Positions 17,426 to 29,600 of a stretch of DNA of 64,000 nucleotides are shown here, piece by piece. Within the stretch, counting starts at the first letter, position 1; each line of letters starts with the position of its first letter. The stretch is from the IMG/VR virus record IMGVR_UViG_3300013382_000005; one strand, given 5' to 3'. Under the pieces are notes generated by a model. The model saw only the letters and a program-made list of their open reading frames with translations, was not told the DNA's origin and did no database searches. Made by a program: the position numbers and the translations under genes. The DNA is from an uncultured virus (IMG/VR IMGVR_UViG_3300013382_000005). Taxonomy: Duplodnaviria; Heunggongvirae; Uroviricota; Caudoviricetes.

Positions 17426-20400
17426 ATGGCTAGAAGAAAAAAAGATAATAGGCGTGAAAGATCTAAACGTCAGCCTGGATTACTTGATAGAATTCCTACT
17501 ATAGTTGGAGCAGCAGCTGCTGTTGGTATAAGTACTGCTGTATTAAGCAACAGATCTCCATCTATACTATCTGATTCTATAAATAAAATAACTCATGCAT
17601 TAGGAGAAACTGCGACTCAATTACAAAAAACAAATTTCAGAGATTTTAATATCGATACTGCAAAGGCTGCAATTAATAAATTTGCTTCTTCTTATAAAGA
17701 ACATACGTCACAATATAATCCTATAAATAAAAATTCTCTTGGATCTGTTTTTAGTAACCTTGCTAAAGTCAAATCAACGGCTTCAAAGATTATTAAAGAA
17801 GAGTCATTCACTGAGGGTATTAATGAGTTAGCCAGTAAATTTAAGACAGGAGACGAATTGCTAGATAAACGACGATTCTCTGTCTTGAATTCATTTTTAA
17901 GAAAAGATACTAAAAGTTTATATAATCCAAATACAGATGCATTATTCAGATTCAGAAAAAGTGCTACAACAAAATTAGGCGCAAATGGATTATTTAGCGA
18001 TTCTGAAATTGCTGATATAACAAATGAAGCAATAGAAATGTCTTCGCTTCTTTTCAGAAAAACCGGCACAACAGAAGAAGGGTTTGGTAAGGTTACAAAG
18101 TACGGAGGGACATTAAAGTCTCTTAAAAGGTATGAAAAGTCATTAGGAAATGGATCATTCCAAGCTAAACTTGACAAACTGTCTGATCAATTAAGAGAAT
18201 CATTTCTTGATATAGACAGTCTTGAAAAAAGATACGGTTCCGCATCTATTAGCAGTGCAAAGAATACATTTGCCAAAGACATTCTTAATAATGATCCACT
18301 AACGCTAAAACAGTTAGCAGAAAGATATAGAAGTGGCGACAAAAATATCTCTCACAGTTCTTTCATGGATAAGGCAGTACGTGACATAGAAGATCTCTTA
18401 TCTAGCGCTGATGGAGAAAGATATGGAAATCTATATTGGGATAAGAGTCTCAGAATTGACAAAAATGGCAATATACAAAACTATTCTGGCATAAATTCTA
18501 TAGCAAGAAAAGCTAAGAGTTTTTATGATGAGACAATAGTCGCTAAGGTTCTTAAATTAGATGAATTTGTAAATACTGATATCTCTCCACTTATTATATC
18601 TAATGCAGGCTCGTTTAACCCGATACTCGAGAAATTAATCAATAAAGATTCTACATCTACTAGACTCACCAATACATTCTTAAGTATTAATGGTAAATCA
18701 TTTACCTATGCTAATGGAGAATTAAATCGCCTCGAAGATCTTGATGATATTATAAAGAACGTAGGCAAAAACTCCGTCGCTGGAAAAAGCATGGAGAAAA
18801 TGTTTGGCGCAGATTATGATACTGGCAGAACACGTGGTGGAATACTTGACTTTCATGAATCAAATAAAATGAATCCAGTAGAGTCTGCTGTATCATTCTT
18901 CACTAAATTTAATGATCCAAGATATGCAAAAAACGAAGCAAAGAATGTATTTGGCAATATAGATACTGATTCATTAGATTTTGATGAATTAGAAGATTTA
19001 TATGGTAAATACTCAGATATCAATAAGATTCTTCAAAGTAATTATGATTCATTAGATAAAGCTTCTGCTGAAAAATTGTACGACTCTTTAAGCTCTCTTT
19101 CTGGAAATAATCAAGTAGATGAATTGCGCAAATACTTACATATTCTTACTGAAGATGATGATGCTATGACATCATCTCTGACAGCATTAGCTTCCGGCAG
19201 TTTGTCTGAAGATTCTTTAATGTCCAGTAAACTCAGTAAAGAATTATCTATTCTAAGATCAGATCCTGCAAAATATATTGCAAGTAATCATACTAATAAT
19301 AACTTTATACCAGGAATGTCTCGTGAATCAGTATCTGCATATGATATGCTACGCAGAGGCGTTACAGATGAAGCAATGATGCGTCTTAGTACATTTAGCA
19401 GCATTGATGAAGATATGTCTTCATTTATCACACAAGTTCTTGGTGAAGGAACTGACGCTGCTGATAAGACACTCAATGCTTTATATTCTTCTGAATTCAA
19501 TAATGCATTTACTGACTTTGCGAATCAATCAGCAGAATCATTACAAGAATCATATACCAATGCAATAAATCATGTCAATTCTATTTTACAAAATAATCAG
19601 AAAGAAAAAGATAAGTTATTTTCAATTGTAAATGACAATGTATCTTTATTGCAAAGTGGCTTTAATGATAAAGAGTATTTTGAAAATGAATATTCTGATA
19701 ATCTATTTATACAGAAAGGTACTAGCCCACTTGATCTTATACGGAGTCTGAATGATTCTGAAAAATTCAAATCAACAGCTAAACAATTTGGGAAGCAATT
19801 TATAGCTGGAACAGATAATCCTGAAGATATAACATCTTCTACATATGGACCATTCTTTTTCGCAAACAGATTATTATCAGGTTTTGAGCGCTATGGATTA
19901 GGTTTTTCTGCTGATGCATATAAGAATACTGCATCATTAGCTGCTAATATTATGCTTAAGCGAGTCTTACCAGCTGCCGGAGTATTATATGGATTAAGCT
20001 ATTTAAATTTTGAAACAGATAATTTTACTGGATCAAGTCTTGGAGAACAATTTGCGTCAGGTATAGCCAATGTTGATTTAGGAATAAGACGTATAACTGA
20101 TACAGTTGGACTGTCTGATTCATTAAGAGACTTATCTATATCTAACCCTATGTTCAGTTATTGGAGTAATGAGCAAGAATATCAAGGTTATGATGAGCGC
20201 AAGGAATGGTATGAAGATGGATATAGTCCAGTAAGATCTGGACGTTGGTGGTCATTCGGATCATCTTCAGAATTTCGTGGTGGTAAAATATCTTATTTTA
20301 CTCCAAACTATTTAAGACGTGTATCATCTAATTATTATGATGTATCTGTATATGGATCATCAGATGAAAAATGGAAACATTCTTGGATACCAACGCCAAG

Positions 20401-23400
20401 ACATCCATTCTCTACCCTTACTGCATTAATGGATCCATACTGGCTTGAAGAAAAACATTATGAGGACAGACCTTATCCTGTAACTGGCAAGCTATTTGAA
20501 GAAGGAACTCCCTGGGGCGCAGTCTTAAATCCTACTATAGGCAATCTGATTAAACCTCAGAAAAGAATGCATCAAGATGTTCTACAAGGAACAACCATTG
20601 ATGTACGAGCTCTTATTCGCAAATATAATGAGGATGAGAAAAATAAATCTGATGCCAATAGTTATGTACAAATAGGTGGATATAATGGTGTATCCACAGT
20701 TAAAAGACCAGAATCTTCATATGGTGTTCCTGGAGAAGGCTTTGCGCCTGATTATGATGTATATTATGATACATCTAATACTGCATATTATACTCCTGTA
20801 TCTGGAAATGGTTCTGGTGGTGAAGGTGCCTCTATTTATGATAATAGCAGTATGTCTAATATGACTGGCTATTATGGCCAAGTTGCAAGCGACATATCTG
20901 CATATGATAAACTCAGAGCATCCAGTAATCCAATTGCTTTTGCAGCATCAAGAGTTATTCCGCTTGATCAGATATCTATGATAAATAGTGCTACTAAGCA
21001 AAAGAGTAGGAATAAGATATCTGGATATGCTCCATCTGGCTTTATACAAGATAGTGGAGCTTATTATACAGAAGGTGGCCCATCGTTTGATCCTCTGGCA
21101 AAACAGTTTGATAAAAATGATTTTATCGAATCACGATCTGTGGAAGAATGGCTCAGAGATGCTTCATACTCTGCAAAAGAACTTGGTGGTATATATGGTT
21201 TCGCAGTAGACTTAGCATTCCCTGCTCAACATAAATATATAGAAGCAAATGCTGGCGCAATGGCTTCATTCTCTGGTAGATTCTGGGATGAAAATGTCGG
21301 CGGCTATGGTGGAGACATCATGGAAATCGCAAGACGATTCTTCCCTCATGAAGATCATTCTGTTACTAAAATTAATAATATACAGAATACGATGCCCGAA
21401 TGGATCCCCGAGCGTTTTCATTACTCAGACCCGTACACATCACTACCCAAAGGCGACATGAGACTTCCTGGTCCAGGTTATGAAACTCTGAATGAATTAC
21501 ACCCTGATTCCTACGGGATTTACGGCAGTTTTGATAGATTCAAAATCTTAGCAGATATCGCTCCTTGGTCACAAGAATATAAACAATGGCACAGAATAGT
21601 TAAGCAACAGAATTTAAGTCCTGAAATGCAGGATGAAATCAAAGAGATAGAAGATAGAGTTAAGCGCCAAAATTCAAGACACACATTCTATAATAAAAAC
21701 TACGATATAGAAACAGAAGATATAAATGGTACTGTTTCTGAAGTTGGCAAAGATAATACCTTTAAACTATATGGTTCAGATAAGGTATATTCTGTTGCAG
21801 GAGTAGATTTAAGAAGTGGTCAGGAATTAAGTCAATTTTTAACTGCTGGTTCTGATGTTAAACTTACTGTTGATAAAAAAGATTTAAATAATGATGTAAC
21901 AGGTGCTATTGTATATGATTATTCTAATAGTGGAGCTAATGTTACAAGATCAATAATTGAAGCTGATGCTGGAACAATTAATAGAGACACATCAATTGGA
22001 GTACAAGCATATTCTGATGGCTTCTCTGTTTTAAATGCGCTTGGTGAATCTGTCGCGCATGCTCCTATTCCATTCATACATAATAAATTCTTAAGAGTGA
22101 ATACTCCTATGGAAGCCTGGGAAGAAGAAGAACTATATGGAACATCATATTCTACTTGGAATCATCCTGTAGAAGGCTATATAAAACCAGCTATAAGAAA
22201 AACTATGGCAATGACTCCAATGGCTATCGTAGCTAATGTCGCATTGACTGGAATATCTAAGTATATTGATAGTACAGATGCAAGTGATCTTATAAAAGCC
22301 GGTGCTAAATCTGCTGAAGCATTAACTAATCCATTGGCATTCGCAGGTGGTATGGCTTCTTCCCTTCTCACCATGAATACAAAATATACTAAGCTTGGTG
22401 TAGATATAGGAGAAGCGATAGGTCTTGGAGTATTAGCATATAAGAGTGCAGATAATCCTATTTTATCTACAATAACTGGTACTGCTATAGGAGCTACATT
22501 TGGCGCGCAATTCTTTAAAACTACTCATGTTAAAGGAGCTGAAGTAGGAGCTCTTGTTGGACTAGGTATATCAGCTCTCAAAAATGCTTATTTTGACAAA
22601 GATGAGATGTTTGGAGACTATGTGCCTGAGGATGCTCAAAAACGTTGGGATATGCAAGAATACTTTGATAGACTCAAATATATAAAGTATTCAGGATTAT
22701 ATGAAGAAGCTGCTCGTCAAGCAAAAGAAAAAGAAGGAGTAGACATTAAATCTATCCTTAATAGAATGGAATATGCGGAAGAAGAAAATAAAGAGCTCCA
22801 ACAAAAGCTGTTAAAGTATAGAAACAATATTCAAAATAACTCATTCTTATCTTATTCTGAACGTCAAGAAGCATTAAGTAACATAGAAGGTAAATTAGCT
22901 CAAATAAAATATAATAACGATAGTGTAGTCATTGAAGGTGGAGAATACACTAAAGCTGCTATAGCTTATAAAAAGGCTGCTGAATCTACTATTTATGGTC
23001 TTCAAGATGATGCAGGATGGTCAGAGATATTAAAAGCATTGCCCAAAAACCATAGAGACTTCTTTATGGAGTTTGCTAAAGAAACTGATGAAGATAAACG
23101 TAATGAGATACGCTCAAAAGTTTCTGATTACGAAGGTAAGGTTCTCGACCTTGTTTGGAATGAAAAGAAATCCAAAATAGAAGACAATGCAGAATATTTT
23201 ACAGATCATTATCTTCCTAATATGTCCTGGGTTGGTTGGAAACCAGACACAAGCCTTGACAATGTGCAAATGAAGACAATAGAAAATGAAGGTATGCTGC
23301 TTTCTGACTTTGGTTTCTATGATTCAAATCTTGAAGAATATGATGCACAAAATACTCCTGGTATAGATAATTATAGACAAGAAAGTTCTGCTCTTATGAC

Positions 23401-23572
23401 ACGTGCTAATCTTATTACATCAATGAATGGCTTTGGCTTATTTAATGTTGATGTAAGTTTGACACCGACAAGAAAACCAGGATTAAATATCATATACGAA
23501 ATAACAAGAATCAACGCATATAAAGCCAAAGAAAAAATCAATCAAGAATTAGGATTCAGAGCTGTGTATTAA
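17426..23572 (+). CDS. Giant virion protein, tape-measure candidate (2048 aa)
   Basis: Follows the chaperones; largely helical composition; Gly/Ala hydrophobic segments near 22210-22580; degenerate thermonuclease-like stretch near 21730-21810. Confidence 0.6.
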   Translation: MARRKKDNRRERSKRQPGLLDRIPTIVGAAAAVGISTAVLSNRSPSILSDSINKITHALGETATQLQKTNFRDFNIDTAKAAINKFASSYKEHTSQYNPINKNSLGSVFSNLAKVKSTASKIIKEESFTEGINELASKFKTGDELLDKRRFSVLNSFLRKDTKSLYNPNTDALFRFRKSATTKLGANGLFSDSEIADITNEAIEMSSLLFRKTGTTEEGFGKVTKYGGTLKSLKRYEKSLGNGSFQAKLDKLSDQLRESFLDIDSLEKRYGSASISSAKNTFAKDILNNDPLTLKQLAERYRSGDKNISHSSFMDKAVRDIEDLLSSADGERYGNLYWDKSLRIDKNGNIQNYSGINSIARKAKSFYDETIVAKVLKLDEFVNTDISPLIISNAGSFNPILEKLINKDSTSTRLTNTFLSINGKSFTYANGELNRLEDLDDIIKNVGKNSVAGKSMEKMFGADYDTGRTRGGILDFHESNKMNPVESAVSFFTKFNDPRYAKNEAKNVFGNIDTDSLDFDELEDLYGKYSDINKILQSNYDSLDKASAEKLYDSLSSLSGNNQVDELRKYLHILTEDDDAMTSSLTALASGSLSEDSLMSSKLSKELSILRSDPAKYIASNHTNNNFIPGMSRESVSAYDMLRRGVTDEAMMRLSTFSSIDEDMSSFITQVLGEGTDAADKTLNALYSSEFNNAFTDFANQSAESLQESYTNAINHVNSILQNNQKEKDKLFSIVNDNVSLLQSGFNDKEYFENEYSDNLFIQKGTSPLDLIRSLNDSEKFKSTAKQFGKQFIAGTDNPEDITSSTYGPFFFANRLLSGFERYGLGFSADAYKNTASLAANIMLKRVLPAAGVLYGLSYLNFETDNFTGSSLGEQFASGIANVDLGIRRITDTVGLSDSLRDLSISNPMFSYWSNEQEYQGYDERKEWYEDGYSPVRSGRWWSFGSSSEFRGGKISYFTPNYLRRVSSNYYDVSVYGSSDEKWKHSWIPTPRHPFSTLTALMDPYWLEEKHYEDRPYPVTGKLFEEGTPWGAVLNPTIGNLIKPQKRMHQDVLQGTTIDVRALIRKYNEDEKNKSDANSYVQIGGYNGVSTVKRPESSYGVPGEGFAPDYDVYYDTSNTAYYTPVSGNGSGGEGASIYDNSSMSNMTGYYGQVASDISAYDKLRASSNPIAFAASRVIPLDQISMINSATKQKSRNKISGYAPSGFIQDSGAYYTEGGPSFDPLAKQFDKNDFIESRSVEEWLRDASYSAKELGGIYGFAVDLAFPAQHKYIEANAGAMASFSGRFWDENVGGYGGDIMEIARRFFPHEDHSVTKINNIQNTMPEWIPERFHYSDPYTSLPKGDMRLPGPGYETLNELHPDSYGIYGSFDRFKILADIAPWSQEYKQWHRIVKQQNLSPEMQDEIKEIEDRVKRQNSRHTFYNKNYDIETEDINGTVSEVGKDNTFKLYGSDKVYSVAGVDLRSGQELSQFLTAGSDVKLTVDKKDLNNDVTGAIVYDYSNSGANVTRSIIEADAGTINRDTSIGVQAYSDGFSVLNALGESVAHAPIPFIHNKFLRVNTPMEAWEEEELYGTSYSTWNHPVEGYIKPAIRKTMAMTPMAIVANVALTGISKYIDSTDASDLIKAGAKSAEALTNPLAFAGGMASSLLTMNTKYTKLGVDIGEAIGLGVLAYKSADNPILSTITGTAIGATFGAQFFKTTHVKGAEVGALVGLGISALKNAYFDKDEMFGDYVPEDAQKRWDMQEYFDRLKYIKYSGLYEEAARQAKEKEGVDIKSILNRMEYAEEENKELQQKLLKYRNNIQNNSFLSYSERQEALSNIEGKLAQIKYNNDSVVIEGGEYTKAAIAYKKAAESTIYGLQDDAGWSEILKALPKNHRDFFMEFAKETDEDKRNEIRSKVSDYEGKVLDLVWNEKKSKIEDNAEYFTDHYLPNMSWVGWKPDTSLDNVQMKTIENEGMLLSDFGFYDSNLEEYDAQNTPGIDNYRQESSALMTRANLITSMNGFGLFNVDVSLTPTRKPGLNIIYEITRINAYKAKEKINQELGFRAVY

Positions 23573-23578
23573 TAGACA

Positions 23579-23609
23579 TAAGGTAGTGTAAATAGTTACA
23601 CTACCTTTA
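23579..23609 (+). terminator. Intrinsic terminator
   Basis: AAGGTAGTGTAA-ATAG-TTACACTACCTT perfect stem. Confidence 0.8.
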
Positions 23610-23616
23610 TTCTGTC

Positions 23617-23627
23617 GGTAATATATT
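23617..23627 (+). promoter_or_regulatory. Putative late-promoter motif GGTAATATATT
   Basis: Recurring motif immediately after a terminator. Confidence 0.5.
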
Positions 23628-23665
23628 AGTATATTATAAATGTTTCTTTGAGAGGATAATTTTTA

Positions 23666-26600
23666 GTGAAACGATCAAATAAAGTTAGATATAAAAAATA
23701 TTCTTTACAAAATATACAGGAGCAATCTGCTCAGACTCAAAAAAATACATTTGATGTATTTAGCGACATAACAAGAGATATTTACAATGCTCGTATGGAT
23801 CGTTTTATTACAAATGGATCTACAGAGCATTCTCTTATTATACAACAAAGAAGATTTGATGCTGTATCGGTTTCTCCTGCTTCTGATAATTTATTAAAAG
23901 GACTTATAGGTCTTACGTTACCTAAGACAAATACTCCTTCTAATCTTATGCATTCTACAGTAAATAGAGCTGTTAAATACACGTATCAAAAGACTCCATA
24001 TAGAAATAACCTATATGAATTCAATCAGTCTTTGGATGCTCTCAAAAAAGCTGTGAATACTGGCAATGCAACTGCTTATATATTTGACCTTGAAACTGTA
24101 ACTGGTAAGAATGCAAAGAATAAAGAGCATTATACTGCAATAACAGAATTATCTATAAAGAGCGCTACATTAGGTTCTGATGGTAAATTTCTTGAGACTA
24201 CCGGAGATTCTATTGAAGGAATCATTGGATTCAACGCTGAACAAGAAGGCAATGTCAGAAACATGCTCGGAGATTATCTTTCCGGTAAAAGGAAAATTGA
24301 TCCGAAAAGAATGTCTGAAGAGCAAAGAGTTGCTTTTACAGAAATTCTTAACTTTGATTATGCATTTCAGAATGGCGGAGTATCTTCATCTGCTGAAATA
24401 ACTGGTGGAGGTTTTAGACTTTATAAAACCAAATCCAAATTGTCAAGAGAAGAGTTAGATGCAAGAGTTAAATCCATGTCACAGGGCGATCTTATTCAAG
24501 CGCTTGACAGAGGTATCTCTAAGCTTCGTGAAGTACATGACAATTCTGATGCAGATATGGCGTTGCAAGAATATGCAAAAAGACTTCAGTCTGTTGATGG
24601 TAAGAATATATTTGCTGTTGGTGCTAATATACGCCAATATGATATTAATGTATCGAGAGCATTAGGTTTGCTTAATGGCGATCCAACAAGAAATGGTATT
24701 ATAGATATCACTGAGCTTGCACAGCATCACAATGCACTTACTGGAAGTTCTACTCGTGCAGGAGCACAACAGTCTAATGTATTTAAGCAATTAGGATTAT
24801 CATTACCTAATGGCATGGTTCCTCATATTGCATCAACAGATACATATATGTCACTCGGAATCTTAAATAAGACCCTTGATCAAGGTGGATGGATAGATCA
24901 GAATTTAGCAGCTGGTGACAAAAGGCCAAAATCTGAATTTAAAATAGGTGGTATATATCGTGCCGGAGATACTGTTGATGCCCCAATATCTTTTGGTAGA
25001 GGAAAAGATGGCACAATAATATCTTCTACTGGTTATACTTATGATCCATTAAATAAGAATCATCAGTTACGAAGAAATTATGGTTACAGTTTTGGACTTC
25101 AGAAAGATATGTCCTATGAGCTTACCGGACATGAAGTATTAGACATATCTCAATTATCTGAAGAACAAAAAACAAGTTTCAGAGAAATGGCTGGCGATAA
25201 ATATCTTGGCAGTAAAAATCTGCATGTAGTTACTATGGCTCCTATACTTGATGCATCAGACCCAGAATATACTACTGAATCATTTACAAGAACCATTATA
25301 CTTGGTGAGCAGGATTTTCAATCAGCTATAGGTTCATTAGAACATGTAGGTAATACAAAAATTTCTAAAGATGGTAAAAAGGCAAATATATTTTTTGCTG
25401 GCTATAAACCATCTGATATGAAGAATGGATCTACTATAGAAACTCATAACCTTGAAAGTACTGTAAGATCTTTTGAAGACAATCCATTCAAAATGCTTTC
25501 AAGCATGCATTCATATACATCTACTGATGTTGCTCATAAAGAACTAGTAGATCAATTGTCTTCTGCCATCGCCACAGGAGATCAAAAGCAAATAGATTTT
25601 GTAAGGTCAGAACTCGCAAAATCTATGCATGCATTCTATGCTAAGAAGAATAATGGTATAGAGTTAACTGGTAAGATGGCAATGCATGCAGAAAGTTTTG
25701 CTAATATGTCTGAGCTTGTTCCAGTATTTAAGGACTATATGCGAACTGAGCATGGTATATCTGATGTTACTGATTATACTGAAACATTTAATCAAGCCAT
25801 TAAATCCTTTGTAGAAAATCTGACTATTCAGCCTAAAAATAGTGGGTATACCGGTCAAAGACCTATTAATGTAGGACACATGGTTAAATCCAAGCCAGTT
25901 ACCGGTGATGTTCTTACGTTTAATATAAGTGGCATAACCAGAGATACAGCGCAGCATGGTTCTATGACTCTTAATTTTAATGACTATAGAGGAGAAAATA
26001 GATATAAGCTTGCTGAAAGATTATGGAATGCTTCTGGATATAAAGCATCAGACTTTAAAGATACTGATGAATATAAAAAGGTTCAATTACTTAAAAACTT
26101 TACTGAATCTCTAATAGACGAAGATTCATATTCTGGAGTAAAGACTGCTGGATCAGGAATTAAAAAGAATCAAGCTGTATTAGATAAATTAGTCAATGCA
26201 GGTATATTAAGCTTTAATTCTGAATCTTTTGTCTATGGTGTATCAGATATATTTGATGGAGATGTTTCTGCATCGCAACTTATTGATAGAATAAGTGGAT
26301 CAATACCTGATGAAACCATAAAATATCTTAAAGATACGCAAGACAAGAGTTCTGTATTATCTACCATGATATATGACGCTCTTAAAGAGAGCGGAGTCAG
26401 AACAACGAGCGCAGAAACAAGAATGTTACCTGAACTTAGGCCAGAAGAAACGTTTTTGTTTTGGGGACAAAATGCCGCAGTAACAAGAGTTAGATCAATG
26501 GATCAGGCTAAGGATCTATTTAAAAAAACGCTTGAGGCAACCCCAATAATCCGTACAGTTCCTGCGTCTCATGCACTATCAAAAGACCAGAAAAAAACTA

Positions 26601-29600
26601 CTATTAATAGTATGATGTCTGCTCTTGTAGATGAAGAAATCGATCCTATTCATGGTTCTAAATTTGCAAACTTCTTATCTACCAGAGGATTTACTCAAGA
26701 AGAGATATCTAGAAAAGCTATTACAATTGGTGATACTATAAGTGAATATCAAGACTATCTTAGTCATTTAGTATCAGCGTATAGCGAAGCCGGACTTGAC
26801 TTCTCTATCACAGATAATGGAATTTATGCAAGAGATTCTGCATCAAAATACGTAAAGCTTAATCTACCTGAAATCAGAAGATATGATAATGGTACTGTAT
26901 ACATTAAATATGGCGGACAGGATGTAGCCATAGAATCAAGTGCCGTAATACATGATGGTAAAATTAAAATCCGTTCTCCATTCAGTAACAGAACTGGTAA
27001 GGCTATTAATAACTCTAATCGTACTATTGCCGAAAGTGAACGTCTTGGAAATAAAGTGACTATAGAAACTCTCACACATCAAATACAAGAAGACTTCAGA
27101 TATAATCTGGCTCAAGCTGGTGAAGCATTCCATGAAACATCTTCTAATAGGTTTACGTCTGGTGGAACACTTAATGTAGTCGATATTGTTAGCAATATGT
27201 TTGGTGGACAAGGAAGTCTTGAATCAATTGGTGCATTAGGAAACTTTGCCTCAACAAACCCAACTGATTTCAGACGCATGAAAGATCTGTTTACAGAATT
27301 CAGACAAAACAATGCTGATAAACCAATTGATAACATACCAAGTATAGGACAAAAGTTCTATGAGTTATTTACAGCCAATGCTCCTACAATATTTAATTCA
27401 ATAGCTGAATCAGGTGCTGTTGCAGACGATAGTGTTCGAAATATATTTGCAAGTCTCGCTCCATTCGCAACACAAGAAAAAACTATGGCGGGTGGATCTT
27501 ATTTTATAGGAACACCAAGATATTCAACAGCCATGAGCGGTTTCTTCAATCAGAAACGTAATACCGGTTTCCAAAATGCTAAATCACCTATGAGTATGTC
27601 TGCCGAAAAACTTACTTCTATTGATGGTGTCCGTACTGGTAGAACTATTGAAACTGAAGAAATGATTAAGGCATTTTCTGGCAACACTGAGACAGTTGAT
27701 TCTGTAAGAATAAAAATGGCTCATATGAATCAACGTGAAGTATATGACCGAATAGAAAAATATATTGATTCAGGTGCTATAAAAACTATTAAAGATGGTT
27801 ATAGCGAAGATACAACTAAAGCAGCATTAGGTGTTTTATTAGCAAGTAACGTTGAGAATGATGGCGCATTTGTTTCTGGCGAGCTTGCCAGAGCATTACC
27901 TCAAGCTAATGTCAATACAAAATCAATCGATCTTACAAGAGTCAATTTTAATGGTATAAGGTCTAAAAACAAAGAAGATGTTATAAAAGGTAGAGATATG
28001 ATTCCTCAATTCTCTATCGATCCTAATAGTGGTGCTGTAACAATAGAATACTCTAAGAGTTTCTTTGTTAAACAGGGTGAGAATCTTGTTATGCTTGAAA
28101 AAGATAAAACCTTAGCTGCGCAAATGACTACTACATACACTACAGCCCAAAAGGATTACATTGCTTCTATAAGATATTTCAACGAAAATGGAGTAGAATT
28201 GTCCGAGAGACAAATAAATCAAGCACTTGCCGCATTAAAACTGGATCCTGCTCTTTATGGAATGAATAATCAAGAAGTAAATGATGCAGTCAGCAAGATG
28301 CTTAAATCAAAAGGAATCACATCTACACTTAAATTAAATCCTATTGATGTTGCAACCAAAATAGGTTATGGTGAAGAAAAAACATTTGCAACTCCATTAC
28401 TTTTGGCATTTGGTGGAACACAAGTACAGAAGGATATTCTAGCTAAATATTCTGAGAAAGACAAGCGTGGTATTCTTGGTAGCGCTTCTGGTCATATTTT
28501 GAGTCAGGATGCATTTGATGTTATAGCAAACTATGTTGGTATGTCTAATGAAGATGTTAAGATAATGCAGCGTGAAATGCTTGCACCTACTATGTTTTGG
28601 AAAGGTGCATTAAAGGGCACAAGTGCAGCAGATGCATTACTCTTTACTAATATCAACGAAGTTAAACACCAGAGTATATCTGATTCTGTTGCTATTATGA
28701 CTCAGGACATAATAGATACATACAAAGATGACCCAGATAAAATAAATGCTATATTAAAAAAGGTTTATGGAGATAGTGCCATCTATGATCCTAAAAGACA
28801 ATCTGCGCTCATAAGTAGTAATCTTGATTATATTAATATGGATGAACTTACAAAGGCATATAAAACAATTTCTCGTAAATCTGGAGATATAGCAACAAGT
28901 ACTGTATCTATTATTTCTGCTGATGACTGGAAAGCAGGAAAAGTTACTGGTAGTATAGCTAAAGATTTAGCACAAGTCAAACAGGCTTATCTTAACGGTG
29001 ACATATCTTCTGATGAAGCAAGTAGAATGCAAGACCAGATAAGACAAAGATATGCTCAAGATTATCGCATGGAAGGCACTAAGCTTAGTCAACAGGAAAA
29101 GAATATCTTTGGAACATATAAATATAATGATAATACTTTGTCTTCTTTTATCGGCGCAGAATCTGATGATGAATTTATATCCAGCACTCAAAAAGCTCTT
29201 GAACAACGTGGCATATTGTCAAAAACAGATGGATTATATGCATTAACAGACCAGTATAGTAAGAATACTGAACCGATTTATTCTGGTACTTATGCAGCAA
29301 TAGATAAAATAATGAAGAATGGATATGATTATGAAATATCTACCAATCCATTAGGTATCGCTGACAGAAAATATCAGGCTAAGGAAATTATTGATGATTA
29401 TCGACATAATATAGAACCAATAAACAATACTGATAATTTTGTTCTTAAAGAGGATCTAATTAAAAAGAGCGGCATAAATACCGTCTCTGCATCTCAAATG
29501 GCTATACCTACTGGAGATATAGCAACAGAGATGCTAAAAGATCCAAATAATCCATTTACTCATGATACAGTTATTGATCTTGGAGAAAGATTTAGCAATG

